Source: a virus. Taken from it: 64,000 nucleotides of DNA. The notes under the pieces are model-generated. The model was not told the origin of the DNA and did not search any database. It saw nothing but the letters and a program-made list of their open reading frames with translations. A program made the position numbers and the translations under genes. Shown here one piece after another: positions 1 through 8,855 of this stretch (position 1 is the stretch's first letter; the number at the start of each line of letters is the position of its first letter). The stretch is from positions 26,968 through 90,967 of IMG/VR virus record IMGVR_UViG_3300022821_000014. The stretch is one strand, 5' to 3'.

Positions 1-90
1 GAGTTGGGCTTTAACGTCGCTTCAATTTCACGAGCTATAAAAACAAATAAATTGTATCGTGGTTGTTACTGGTCGAAAGTGTCGAAGTAG
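1..90 (+). CDS. 3' end of a homing-endonuclease-like gene (NUMOD1/IENR1-type HTH tail), partial
   Basis: Frame 1 reads ELGFNVASISRAIKTNKLYRGCYWSKVSK*, typical of NUMOD1 C-terminal HTH tails; start is outside the window. Confidence 0.55.
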   Translation, partial: ELGFNVASISRAIKTNKLYRGCYWSKVSK

Positions 91-161
91 ACTGTTGGTT
101 CTTGGGTCTCCACAAGTTCATCCATGACTTGCTCAACCAATAGTTCGATTAGCTTTTTCAT
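66..161 (-). pseudogene. 31-aa leader-only gene stub (MKKLIELLVEQVMDELVETQEPTVYFDTFDQ)
   Basis: ATG overlaps the upstream TGA (ATGA); sequence is the shared leader motif; ends inside the convergent HEG tail. Confidence 0.55.
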
Positions 162-1276
162 CCGTATGTGTGTTTCACTTGCATCTTGGTCTGGATAGCT
201 TTAAACTTATTCAAGTCAATAAAGCGGACGTCGTAGACCTTGTCTAGACCATATTCAAATACCGTTTTGATTATGTCCCTTGAATTTGACATTTCCCTGG
301 TCCACGAATTACTGTCTATATCGATACCAAGCTTTGGCTCTTCACCCTTTGAGAGTTTGGCCTGAGCAGCCTCTGGGAAATCTGAGAGCGGCGCTTCGAC
401 TGCCACTAGTAGTCTTGAACCACGAGGAATTTTAAGAGTATCAGAGTCTACAACCCACTCCCCCTCTGTAGAATATGTGCGAACTGAATCAACGATAGCC
501 TTCTTCACGTGGGATGTCCACATGTCTAATGAGACATCCTTGAATTCCTGTCGGTGTGTTGCCTTATCAACTTCCATCTTGAGGTAGCCAGCAAATTCTT
601 TAGGAGTGTCAAGAGTAAACCCACCATCTCCATATGGCGCCAGAATTTTATACCCAGGTAAATACCCGTCTCGCATCGAGCGCCCCAAGTCTTCCAAGAC
701 TTTGTCTCCGTCTTTAATCATATTTTTGGCCAGGTGACTCCAAACGTTGTCAATAATACGGCGGTTTCCCCTTGGCGCCTCGTCTGCATTGAAAATGCGT
801 CGCAGATAAGCTAAATCATCCCGAGTCAGGTCGTACGGATCATCATAGCGTACTCGGTCAACACGGCCTTGATTATCATTCATCAGTTTCTTGGCATCCA
901 TCACTAAAACAGCGTTGCGTCCAATACCGAGCCAATGCATCAGGATTTTGCGATTGTCAGAAATGCCCGATACCCCATGGAGAACACCATCGGCGAGGTC
1001 TTCTACTTTGTCCGTAACCTTTTCGTTGATTGTTGTTACGAGCCAAAATACGTTTGGGTTGCCTGGTGTAGACTTCGCTTCATCTAAAACTTCTTTTACG
1101 CACTCACTAATGAGATTTTGCAGTTCTTGCTTTTTGTTCATTTCATGTCGACTGAGTTTTTTGAAGTGCGCTAAATTAAAACCTCTGAAGGCTTCCGTTA
1201 GTGGAGCCCGCTCAGCTTCAACAAACACCTCTCTAACACATTCGCTGATGAGGACTTGCAACTCCTGTTTCTTCAT
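158..1276 (-). CDS. Hypothetical protein with doubled N-terminal leader; paralog of 1273-2271
   Basis: 372-aa ORF; KKQELQxLISECVxEV occurs twice; shares VFWxVT, GVxGISD, WLGxxRNAVLV and YxxEGEWxV with its neighbour. Confidence 0.85.
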   Translation of the reverse strand: MKKQELQVLISECVREVFVEAERAPLTEAFRGFNLAHFKKLSRHEMNKKQELQNLISECVKEVLDEAKSTPGNPNVFWLVTTINEKVTDKVEDLADGVLHGVSGISDNRKILMHWLGIGRNAVLVMDAKKLMNDNQGRVDRVRYDDPYDLTRDDLAYLRRIFNADEAPRGNRRIIDNVWSHLAKNMIKDGDKVLEDLGRSMRDGYLPGYKILAPYGDGGFTLDTPKEFAGYLKMEVDKATHRQEFKDVSLDMWTSHVKKAIVDSVRTYSTEGEWVVDSDTLKIPRGSRLLVAVEAPLSDFPEAAQAKLSKGEEPKLGIDIDSNSWTREMSNSRDIIKTVFEYGLDKVYDVRFIDLNKFKAIQTKMQVKHTYG

Positions 1277-2271
1277 TGCTTTGATTTCCTTGTCCAGAAT
1301 TTTTTCTTGTATGCATCAAATTTCTTCATTGAGATGAACTTGAGTCGGTAGTGGTTTTCAAGCCCATACCGTTTAGCTAGCGCCATAATCTCCAGCGCTT
1401 GTTTCTCTTGTACCATCTGCGGTGTAGGCCAGCCATTTACATGCGATCTAGGGTCTGGGTCTTGAGCAAATTCCTCACGGGCCTCATCGGAAATTGTCTT
1501 GGGGTCCACGTCAACGCCAATAAACAATATGCTGTCCTTAGGGACTGACATAGCATCGTCTTTGACAAACCATTCACCTTCAGATCGGTAGGTGGCACCG
1601 ATGGCTTTGAGTGCCTTTTCCACGAGGGGCATCCAATCATCCAAAGTCAGCAACTCCGCATCCTTGACAATGTGTTTCTCATTGTCATTGGCAATCTTGA
1701 TTGTGGCTTTATGAATCCATGCTGTCAGATCTTTTAGGGTATTGATAGAAGGCTTCTCAGTTTTGTATGCCCTTCCATACCAACTTGGCGCCAAAGTGCC
1801 ATAGTCAATATTGTATAAGACTGTAGCCATAGGTTTACTGGCCTGCTCTGACTTCTTGCCCTGGGCCTTGACATAATCCATGACGGTTTGCATGAGGCCT
1901 GTCCAGTCGTAATCATTTTCTGGAGAGCGGTTGAAAAGCCTGAATAGGGCAGCCATCCCCTTTGAGACAAGGTAATGAGGATTGTCATACATCACACGAG
2001 AAACATTATTTACCTCAAGGAACTTCTTTGCTGGGATGACCAGGACGGCGTTTCGAGCTACTCCGAGCCATTGAACCACAATCTCCTTTGTATCGGAGAT
2101 TCCTTTGACCCCTACAAGCTCCCCCGTGGCCAGCTGCTCAAGGGTATCTTCAGAGTGTTCATCGACGGAAGTCACCATCCAAAAAACCTTGGGGATGTCC
2201 GCTTCGGTGTAAGAAGCTTCACGGAGTACCTTGCGGACCTCTTGTTCTATTAAATTATTTAGGGTGCTCAT
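1273..2271 (-). CDS. Hypothetical protein with N-terminal leader; paralog of 158-1276
   Basis: Likely start MSTLNNLIEQEVRKVLRE at 2271; shared motifs as above. Confidence 0.85.
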   Translation of the reverse strand: MSTLNNLIEQEVRKVLREASYTEADIPKVFWMVTSVDEHSEDTLEQLATGELVGVKGISDTKEIVVQWLGVARNAVLVIPAKKFLEVNNVSRVMYDNPHYLVSKGMAALFRLFNRSPENDYDWTGLMQTVMDYVKAQGKKSEQASKPMATVLYNIDYGTLAPSWYGRAYKTEKPSINTLKDLTAWIHKATIKIANDNEKHIVKDAELLTLDDWMPLVEKALKAIGATYRSEGEWFVKDDAMSVPKDSILFIGVDVDPKTISDEAREEFAQDPDPRSHVNGWPTPQMVQEKQALEIMALAKRYGLENHYRLKFISMKKFDAYKKKFWTRKSKQ

Positions 2272-2272
2272 G

Positions 2273-2443
2273 TTATCTGGTTCTCCCAACGCCACTGCCA
2301 AGGGGGTCTAGATGTGCATCTGCGTATGCGTACATCTCCTCGTAGGATTCAAGTTGCTGAAAGTGTCTGAAGTTAAACCCTCTAACGGATTCTGCCAGTG
2401 TCTTTCGCACTTGACTTTCAATTAATTTTTGCAAGGCGTACAT
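2273..2443 (-). pseudogene. 56-aa truncated paralog of the kinase-like gene (leader + RGFN head + start of Gly-rich loop)
   Basis: MYALQKLIESQVRKTLAESVRGFNFRHFQQLESYEEMYAYADAHLDPLGSGVGRTR* aligns with the N-terminus of 2443-3147; TGATG coupling. Confidence 0.7.
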
Positions 2444-3147
2444 CAATCCATAAACCCTTCTTCGGTAAGCCCATAATCAGCAATAACTAGGCGTCCATCT
2501 GTTGTCATACCCCAGTGGTCATAACGCTCAATATCCTCTATGCCTGCTCTAGTGGCCTCAAAAGCCTTTTCAAACAGTTCAAGGTCCAAGTTATTCAAAT
2601 CACTCAATTCAATAGGCTTGTTTATGGTAAATTTAGTGAACTCATCTTTGTAGTGGTTGTTATGGTATTCAATGCCTTGAACCAATGCCTCGTCGAATTC
2701 TATATTCTGGTAAGCAAGCATAATCACCCATTCCAGAGCTACCTCGCTAACATGCATTTTACTCATCAGGTCAGCATTGTCAGCGATTATTTTGACACCT
2801 TCAGCTATCAACCACATATAATTTTCAGAATCGAAGTCATAAATCTTAGCCAGGAAGTCTTCAGCACCACTTTTCGTATAAGCTTCTACTTCGTTTCTTG
2901 TCTGTGTGTTGCCACGTTTACTGTGAACTATCTTCAGTATTTTGCCTGAGCCTAGTCCAAATACAATTCTTGCTGCGCCCCTGCCAAGGCGTGGAAGATG
3001 GTCTAGCGCATATTGGACTCTCTCTTCGGGAGTTTCTAAGAGCTTGAAACGCTTCATGTTAAAACCTCTCCAAGACTCAGACAAAGAAACACCTCGTAGT
3101 TCTTCAACCACAAGGCTTTCTACAAGTTGTTTTAGCGTGTTTGTCAC
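2443..3147 (-). CDS. Protein-kinase-like (Ser/Thr or APH-fold) protein with N-terminal leader
   Basis: LGRGAARIVF Gly loop, ILKIV lysine, N-E helix, DIERYDHWG catalytic-loop-like segment, VIADYGL DFG-like motif. Confidence 0.7.
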   Translation of the reverse strand: MTNTLKQLVESLVVEELRGVSLSESWRGFNMKRFKLLETPEERVQYALDHLPRLGRGAARIVFGLGSGKILKIVHSKRGNTQTRNEVEAYTKSGAEDFLAKIYDFDSENYMWLIAEGVKIIADNADLMSKMHVSEVALEWVIMLAYQNIEFDEALVQGIEYHNNHYKDEFTKFTINKPIELSDLNNLDLELFEKAFEATRAGIEDIERYDHWGMTTDGRLVIADYGLTEEGFMD

Positions 3148-3155
3148 GCCTATAA

Positions 3156-4022
3156 CTATTCTAGTTCAGGCAAGGAGCATGTAATGTTTTGACACGCAGA
3201 TGAAGAAACTGGGTGGTCGGTTAAAATAGTCGGTTCACCAAGCATCACCACTGGCTGCGACACGAGTCTCTGAACCTCTGAAATAACTGTTGCAAACCCG
3301 ATATAATGTGCGTCTCTTACAAAAGAAGTTGTCACACCAACTGCTTGGCCAAAGTTATTAAACAAGGGCCCACCAGAAGCTCCTGGCGAGACGTGTGCTT
3401 GGTGAATAATTCTAGTCCTGCCGTTTGGAAACTCACGAATAGATGAGATCATCCCCTCAGTGAAAAGCCAGAACTGGCTGCTTGGCATCCCAATTTCATA
3501 GACCCTTTCACCAATCCTTGGTAAAGCAGGAGCCATAGAAAACCAATGTACTGAATCTGGTTCACCCTCTACCAGGCGCAGTAAGGCTACATCCTCGCTT
3601 GGATTAGTCTGTACCACAATTGCTCTGTGAGTTACAGGTTCAGAAATTCGGCTATAGTTTCTAATGAAATTCATGTGAACTTCGTGAGTAATAAACAAGA
3701 CTTCGCTTCCGATTGTTGGTTCCGCATCAGGTATTGGTAACCTTATGGTCAAATCAGATCCAAGTGAATAAACCTGGTATTGGGGGATTTCCACACAATG
3801 ATTTGCTGTTGCCAAAATTCTCGGTCCAACAAAAAAGGCTGTGCATTGTGGCGCCGACAAGCCGTCATCCCCTCTCTCAACAAGAGCAACCGTTGAATTC
3901 ATTGCAGCATTTACCAACTCTGCATTGTCAGCGAGCCGCTGCTCGGTAGCAGCTGCCAAAACAGTACAACCACCAACTAACAGCCCAAACAGGACTACTA
4001 ATCCAACAAGTTTTTTATGCAT
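3156..4022 (-). CDS. Trypsin-like serine protease, probable lipoprotein
   Basis: TANHC, DVALL and GASGGP triad motifs; hydrophobic N-terminus ending LLVGGC. Confidence 0.85.
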   Translation of the reverse strand: MHKKLVGLVVLFGLLVGGCTVLAAATEQRLADNAELVNAAMNSTVALVERGDDGLSAPQCTAFFVGPRILATANHCVEIPQYQVYSLGSDLTIRLPIPDAEPTIGSEVLFITHEVHMNFIRNYSRISEPVTHRAIVVQTNPSEDVALLRLVEGEPDSVHWFSMAPALPRIGERVYEIGMPSSQFWLFTEGMISSIREFPNGRTRIIHQAHVSPGASGGPLFNNFGQAVGVTTSFVRDAHYIGFATVISEVQRLVSQPVVMLGEPTILTDHPVSSSACQNITCSLPELE

Positions 4023-4860
4023 TTTCTCTTATCAACTCTCGGAAATTCCTGTCCATCTGTTCGATTTCTCGTTGTCCTTCCAGAACCCTGATCATAGTTT
4101 GGATGTAGTTGATGGGTTTTGCCTGACCTAAAACGATCCCTGAGCTTTGTGTGCCCCAACCAGCTGAGTTAACACCGATCATTCGGCCTCTCGCATCCAT
4201 CAGAGCAGAGCCCGATGAGCCTGGTCCCATGCGAACTTGGTGAAGGATGTCAATCGTATTGTTTAGGCGAATATGAACCCTAGAGATGATGCCCTCCGTT
4301 AAAATCCAAATCTGTCCAACGGGCATTCCTACTGAGTAAGCAACTTCTCCAGCTCTGAGAGGTTCATTTGTGAGATTCCTCATTTCGAGCCAGTGCTCGG
4401 CATCTGGTTCATCAGCTGTAAGTTCTAGCAACGCTACATCGTGTTCATCTGCATCATCTACTACCACTACAGTAGCGTGTGTAAGTACGGGATGGTTCTC
4501 ATCCTCGTCGTCTCTACCAACCCATTCAGAATAATGCTGATGCTCGATGAAAGAAACCGATTGTCCAACTGGCGATTGATTGCTAGATCCTGGAAGTACG
4601 ACTGTTATGCCAGGTGCCAGAGTGACTCTGTTTACGGCTGGCACACAATGCGCTGCTGTTGCCAAAAGCCTTGGGCTGACATATGTTGCAGTGCAATACG
4701 AGCCTCTAATGTTCTCGTTTTCTTCGTGAACCAGCGCTACAACTGCCTCGTAAACATTCCCCAATTCATCTGGATTACCTGGCACATGCAGGTCTGGGAG
4801 CCTGGCCCCACAACTCGTAAGGAACAACGCTCCCATTAACCAAAAAACTACTTTGTTCAT
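4015..4860 (-). CDS. Trypsin-like serine protease, probable lipoprotein (paralog)
   Basis: TAAHC, DVALL and GSSGSA; start MNKVVFWLMGALFLTSCG with lipobox. Confidence 0.85.
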   Translation of the reverse strand: MNKVVFWLMGALFLTSCGARLPDLHVPGNPDELGNVYEAVVALVHEENENIRGSYCTATYVSPRLLATAAHCVPAVNRVTLAPGITVVLPGSSNQSPVGQSVSFIEHQHYSEWVGRDDEDENHPVLTHATVVVVDDADEHDVALLELTADEPDAEHWLEMRNLTNEPLRAGEVAYSVGMPVGQIWILTEGIISRVHIRLNNTIDILHQVRMGPGSSGSALMDARGRMIGVNSAGWGTQSSGIVLGQAKPINYIQTMIRVLEGQREIEQMDRNFRELIRENA

Positions 4861-4987
4861 CTTTGCCTCTACTTTCAAAACGTGTGAGAACACGCATATG
4901 AATAAATAGAAACAAAACACCGCTTTGTTACATTATTGTTACAAATGCTTAATTGCCTAGTTATTACGGCATTCTACGTAATGAGTC

Positions 4988-7900
4988 TTACCCGCACTTT
5001 GAATGCCCACAACCTTGGCAGGTAATACAACCTTCTTGGTAAGCTAGGTCTTTTGAACTACAGTTCGGACACTTTTTGAGTGAAGGTTTAGTACCATTCT
5101 CGATGTAATGTTTGAGTACCCGCATCAGACCCTTGGCCATTGTAAACATCTCATTGTCCTTGTCAGCACCCTTTTCAATTTGTTCGGTGACATATTGGAC
5201 AGGAGCACCATGCCGAAGTGCAAGTGAAACGGTCCTAGTGAACGCACTTTCTGTGGTGTTTGCGAAAACTGATGCAAGGTCCTTGATCACAAGCTCATTT
5301 TCACCTTCACCTGTGTACAGATTGTAAGTGCCATTTTTCTTGATCACACCCCTCTTGCGACTACGTGGAAGGTGGATGTGTTCCGAGCGGCCAGCGAAAA
5401 TCTCGTAAGGTTTATCATCGTAGATCCCTACAAAGAAGTTCCACTTCTCACCACGAACCTGCATATGGTAGATGTCACAAGGGAGTTGTCCAGGGCGCTT
5501 TGGAGCATGGTGATAGGCAAATTTGTCTGATGAACGAATTTCATCCTCCGACACTAATACACCTGTACGACACTTGTCACGATACACAGTAACTCCCTTG
5601 CAGCCCGTTTCCCATCCAGCCATGTAAATGTCTTTGATTGTATCTACTGTAGTATCTTCTGGCACGTTGGTAGTGTTGCTGATTGAGTGACAAACCCACT
5701 GTTGAGCAGCGGCCTGGGCCTTTACTTTGTTTAACCAGTTAATATCGTTCGAAGTGGCGCCGTGGTAAGGACTGTCCTTTGGATCAGACTTTCCAGTTAC
5801 TTCCATCCACTTCTTAAACCAGTGATGGTAAACCGTGTATTCCTGCCACTTGTCGCCCATGTCGTCAACAAAATCAACACGGGCATCATGATCTCCTGGG
5901 TTGATCTTTCGTCGGCGCTTGTAGGACAGCATGAACGCTGGTTCAATGCCGCTGGTAGTTTGAGTAAGAACTGAAACAGAACCAGCTGGAGCTGTTGTCG
6001 TGTTTGCGATGTTCCGTCGACCGTACTTTTGCCAGGATTTTTTCATTTCTGGATCAAGGTCCATGATGCGGTTGATAAAGGGGTGATCCTTCTCAAGCTC
6101 GTAATCATACACAGGGAAGGCACCACGCTCTTCAGCAAGTTTCACGCTAGAACGGTGTGAATTTAGTGCCAGATTCTTGTATATTTCGTTGATAAGCTCA
6201 ATCGACTCTGGGGACCCGTAGACAACATTCATCGCTGCAACGGCATCACCTACCGCTGTAAGTCCAAGTCCAGTCCGTCGCCCATTTTCAGCAGTTGTTC
6301 GAATCTTGTTCCATAGATCAGCCTCCATTTTCTTTACATCAGGAGGTTCTGGATCGGCATCGATTTTCGCCAGGATTCGATCAATAGCTTCCAGCTCAAG
6401 CTCAACCAGGTCGTCCATGAGGCGCTGTGAATCCTGTACAACATTTGCAAACTCTTCCCAGTCAAATGCAGCTTCGGCTGTAAACGGGTTCTTGACGAAT
6501 GTTACAGAATTGACAAGTAGCAGTCTACACGAATCATATGGTGAGAGAGTTATTTCTCCGCAATTATGTGCAAAGGTTCCCTTGAATGACTTTGTACCAT
6601 CTTGTTGCCCTGTTATACCAGTAATGATGCCAACTGTGTGGCTGTCATCTACTGTAATATTGTACACAGAGTGTGTGCCTTCAACCTCTTCAACTAAAAC
6701 AATCTTATGGTTGTACTCAATACCTGCATCGCAAACTTCACTGTAGCTTTTAAAGCCATGCTTTATTTTTTGACCCAGCCTAAATGGGACGTTTTCTTGT
6801 TTACAGGCAGTTTCCCACTCCTTGGCCAACGGCTTTCGTCCTAGCTCGTACTGCAAGGAACTCCAAATTTTAATCTGGTCTCGCATTCGAAGCTCAGCCT
6901 TTTCTTTTGCCTTACGGTTAATGGCCTTTGTTCGCTTCGCATTTATACTCTGATCAGAATTCACGTATTCAAGTGAACATGCATGTGTACAGAAAGAAAT
7001 TTCTCTTCTGTTGTGTTCAGTTACAAATGATGTTGCACAAGTTTCGCACTCTTTCTTTACCTGAACCGTATTGTCAGAAATAAACGCCTCATAACCTTGT
7101 CTGATCATCTCTTGTAGTGTTCTAACCAAACGTGGGTCTTTGTCAGTGTGTTCATAGCCCAAAGTACTGGCGCAAAGCATAGAAAGTTCAGCAGGGCTTC
7201 GGCCTAAGACCGCATGATGCATTTTAGAGAATGTCTGTGGCAACCCTTTATTCTTGGCAAAATCTTGCCATTCCTGGTGTGAGAACCTTCGGCCAAGATC
7301 CTGAGTAAAATTCAGTGCTTCTTTATAGATTTCCTTAGATTTTTTTCCGAGGAATTTACCGTTGTTTGAACCATTGTTATCATGCGTTGCATGAAATTGC
7401 TGATGTTCACGAAAAGTCATTATCTCAAGATTATCAGGATCATTATTGGTGCCATCATAATCTTTGTGATGTACAACCAACCCTCCTTTTACCCAGCCAT
7501 TTTGTTTCTCAGCTTGGTACTTTTCGGTCCACAACTTACCTTGAGTGGCTTCAGCTATGAGTCTATGTTCGTATCTCTTTTTAGGTTCTGCCGAGCGGGT
7601 CTCAGTTTTTACTTGGTAGTATTTATTACCAGACTTATTCATGCAGACAGGAGTCTTGCTGAATGAGGGCAGGCTATCGCCAGGCACTAGATCCCTAGCA
7701 TTCTTTGTTTGACCGTCCCTGAGAATCATTTTATGATTCGGAGTGACCCTAAGGGTCGTTCCATCATCAAGCGTTATTTTTAATAGCTTCTGATTGAGGT
7801 TTGTCAGGCGAGGGTTTCTTCCTGTTTTTATTTCAACATGACCGTTTTTTGGATTTACTGAGTACAGTAGGACATCTTTACCTTCATCTGCGAGCTGTTT

Positions 7901-8833
7901 AATTGAAACAGCATCTCTACCGTCAGCCAACGCAATTAGTGTATCACTAGAAAAACATGGGTTAGTTGATACTGTTCCGAATCCTACTGATTCGTAGGCG
8001 TCTGCTGGAGAGTATTTCTTAACTGTATCCCAGAACAGAAGTCCAGGCTCAGCTGATTCATGGGCTGACTCAATAATTTCGTGCCAAAGCTCTGCTGCAT
8101 CGACCCAGGCTTCGACCTTTGGGTCTACTTTTTGAGTGATGGGCCAGCGAAGCTGAACTTCTTGACCCTTCTTGACTGCATTCATAAACTCATCCGAAAG
8201 TCGAATGGAAATGTTGGCTCCAGTCACACGCTTGCGGTCACGTTTGATGTTGATAAACGTGCGAATTTCTGGGTGGTGTACTGAGATTGAGAGCATTAGT
8301 GCACCTCGACGCCCTCCTTGTCCTACTTCACGACAGGTGTTTGAAAAACGATCCATGAAAACAGCTATACCATCCGTAGTCCTTGCTGCATTTGCCGTTA
8401 GGAGACCTTGAGGTCGGATACTTGAGATGTCAAAGCCAACACCGCCTCGGCGCTTCATCAGCTGAGCCTGTTCTTGGTCTGTCTTAAGGATACCTCCGTA
8501 AGAATCATACGGCTCCTCAATCACAAAACAGTTGGATAGAGACATAACCTGATAAGGGTTTCCGACACCAGCCATCGGCGATCCTTGGGGGATTATGTAT
8601 TTGAAATCTTTGAGGTACTGGTAAATTGCCTCTTCGGACAGCCCGTTTTTAAACTTACCTTCAATTCTTGCAAACTCGCTTGCAAGCCTCCTGTGCATAT
8701 CTTCAGGAGTTGTTTCTTCTAAACCACCTCTTGGGTTGTTTATAGCATATTTTGTAATAAAAACATTGGCTGCTAGTTCATCGTTCTTGAAATATTTTAG
8801 TGATTGCTTATGTGCTTCTTCGAATGTTGCCAT
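4988..8833 (-). CDS. nrdJ: Class II (B12-dependent) ribonucleotide reductase with intein
   Basis: SNCFV, TNP|C-GE, RRTGLG, TAPAGSVS, TTSGIEP, GCKGVTVYR; C-terminal Zn ribbon. Confidence 0.93.
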   Translation of the reverse strand: MATFEEAHKQSLKYFKNDELAANVFITKYAINNPRGGLEETTPEDMHRRLASEFARIEGKFKNGLSEEAIYQYLKDFKYIIPQGSPMAGVGNPYQVMSLSNCFVIEEPYDSYGGILKTDQEQAQLMKRRGGVGFDISSIRPQGLLTANAARTTDGIAVFMDRFSNTCREVGQGGRRGALMLSISVHHPEIRTFINIKRDRKRVTGANISIRLSDEFMNAVKKGQEVQLRWPITQKVDPKVEAWVDAAELWHEIIESAHESAEPGLLFWDTVKKYSPADAYESVGFGTVSTNPCFSSDTLIALADGRDAVSIKQLADEGKDVLLYSVNPKNGHVEIKTGRNPRLTNLNQKLLKITLDDGTTLRVTPNHKMILRDGQTKNARDLVPGDSLPSFSKTPVCMNKSGNKYYQVKTETRSAEPKKRYEHRLIAEATQGKLWTEKYQAEKQNGWVKGGLVVHHKDYDGTNNDPDNLEIMTFREHQQFHATHDNNGSNNGKFLGKKSKEIYKEALNFTQDLGRRFSHQEWQDFAKNKGLPQTFSKMHHAVLGRSPAELSMLCASTLGYEHTDKDPRLVRTLQEMIRQGYEAFISDNTVQVKKECETCATSFVTEHNRREISFCTHACSLEYVNSDQSINAKRTKAINRKAKEKAELRMRDQIKIWSSLQYELGRKPLAKEWETACKQENVPFRLGQKIKHGFKSYSEVCDAGIEYNHKIVLVEEVEGTHSVYNITVDDSHTVGIITGITGQQDGTKSFKGTFAHNCGEITLSPYDSCRLLLVNSVTFVKNPFTAEAAFDWEEFANVVQDSQRLMDDLVELELEAIDRILAKIDADPEPPDVKKMEADLWNKIRTTAENGRRTGLGLTAVGDAVAAMNVVYGSPESIELINEIYKNLALNSHRSSVKLAEERGAFPVYDYELEKDHPFINRIMDLDPEMKKSWQKYGRRNIANTTTAPAGSVSVLTQTTSGIEPAFMLSYKRRRKINPGDHDARVDFVDDMGDKWQEYTVYHHWFKKWMEVTGKSDPKDSPYHGATSNDINWLNKVKAQAAAQQWVCHSISNTTNVPEDTTVDTIKDIYMAGWETGCKGVTVYRDKCRTGVLVSEDEIRSSDKFAYHHAPKRPGQLPCDIYHMQVRGEKWNFFVGIYDDKPYEIFAGRSEHIHLPRSRKRGVIKKNGTYNLYTGEGENELVIKDLASVFANTTESAFTRTVSLALRHGAPVQYVTEQIEKGADKDNEMFTMAKGLMRVLKHYIENGTKPSLKKCPNCSSKDLAYQEGCITCQGCGHSKCG
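6563..7957 (-). mobile_element. Cis intein (465 aa) with HNH homing endonuclease in nrdJ
   Basis: Starts CFSSDT after TNP; block B VTPNHKM; HHKDYDGTNNDPDNL; VYNITVDDSH...HN followed by +1 Cys (CGEI). Confidence 0.93.
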
Positions 8834-8855
8834 TGATTATACCTGGTGTTTCAGT

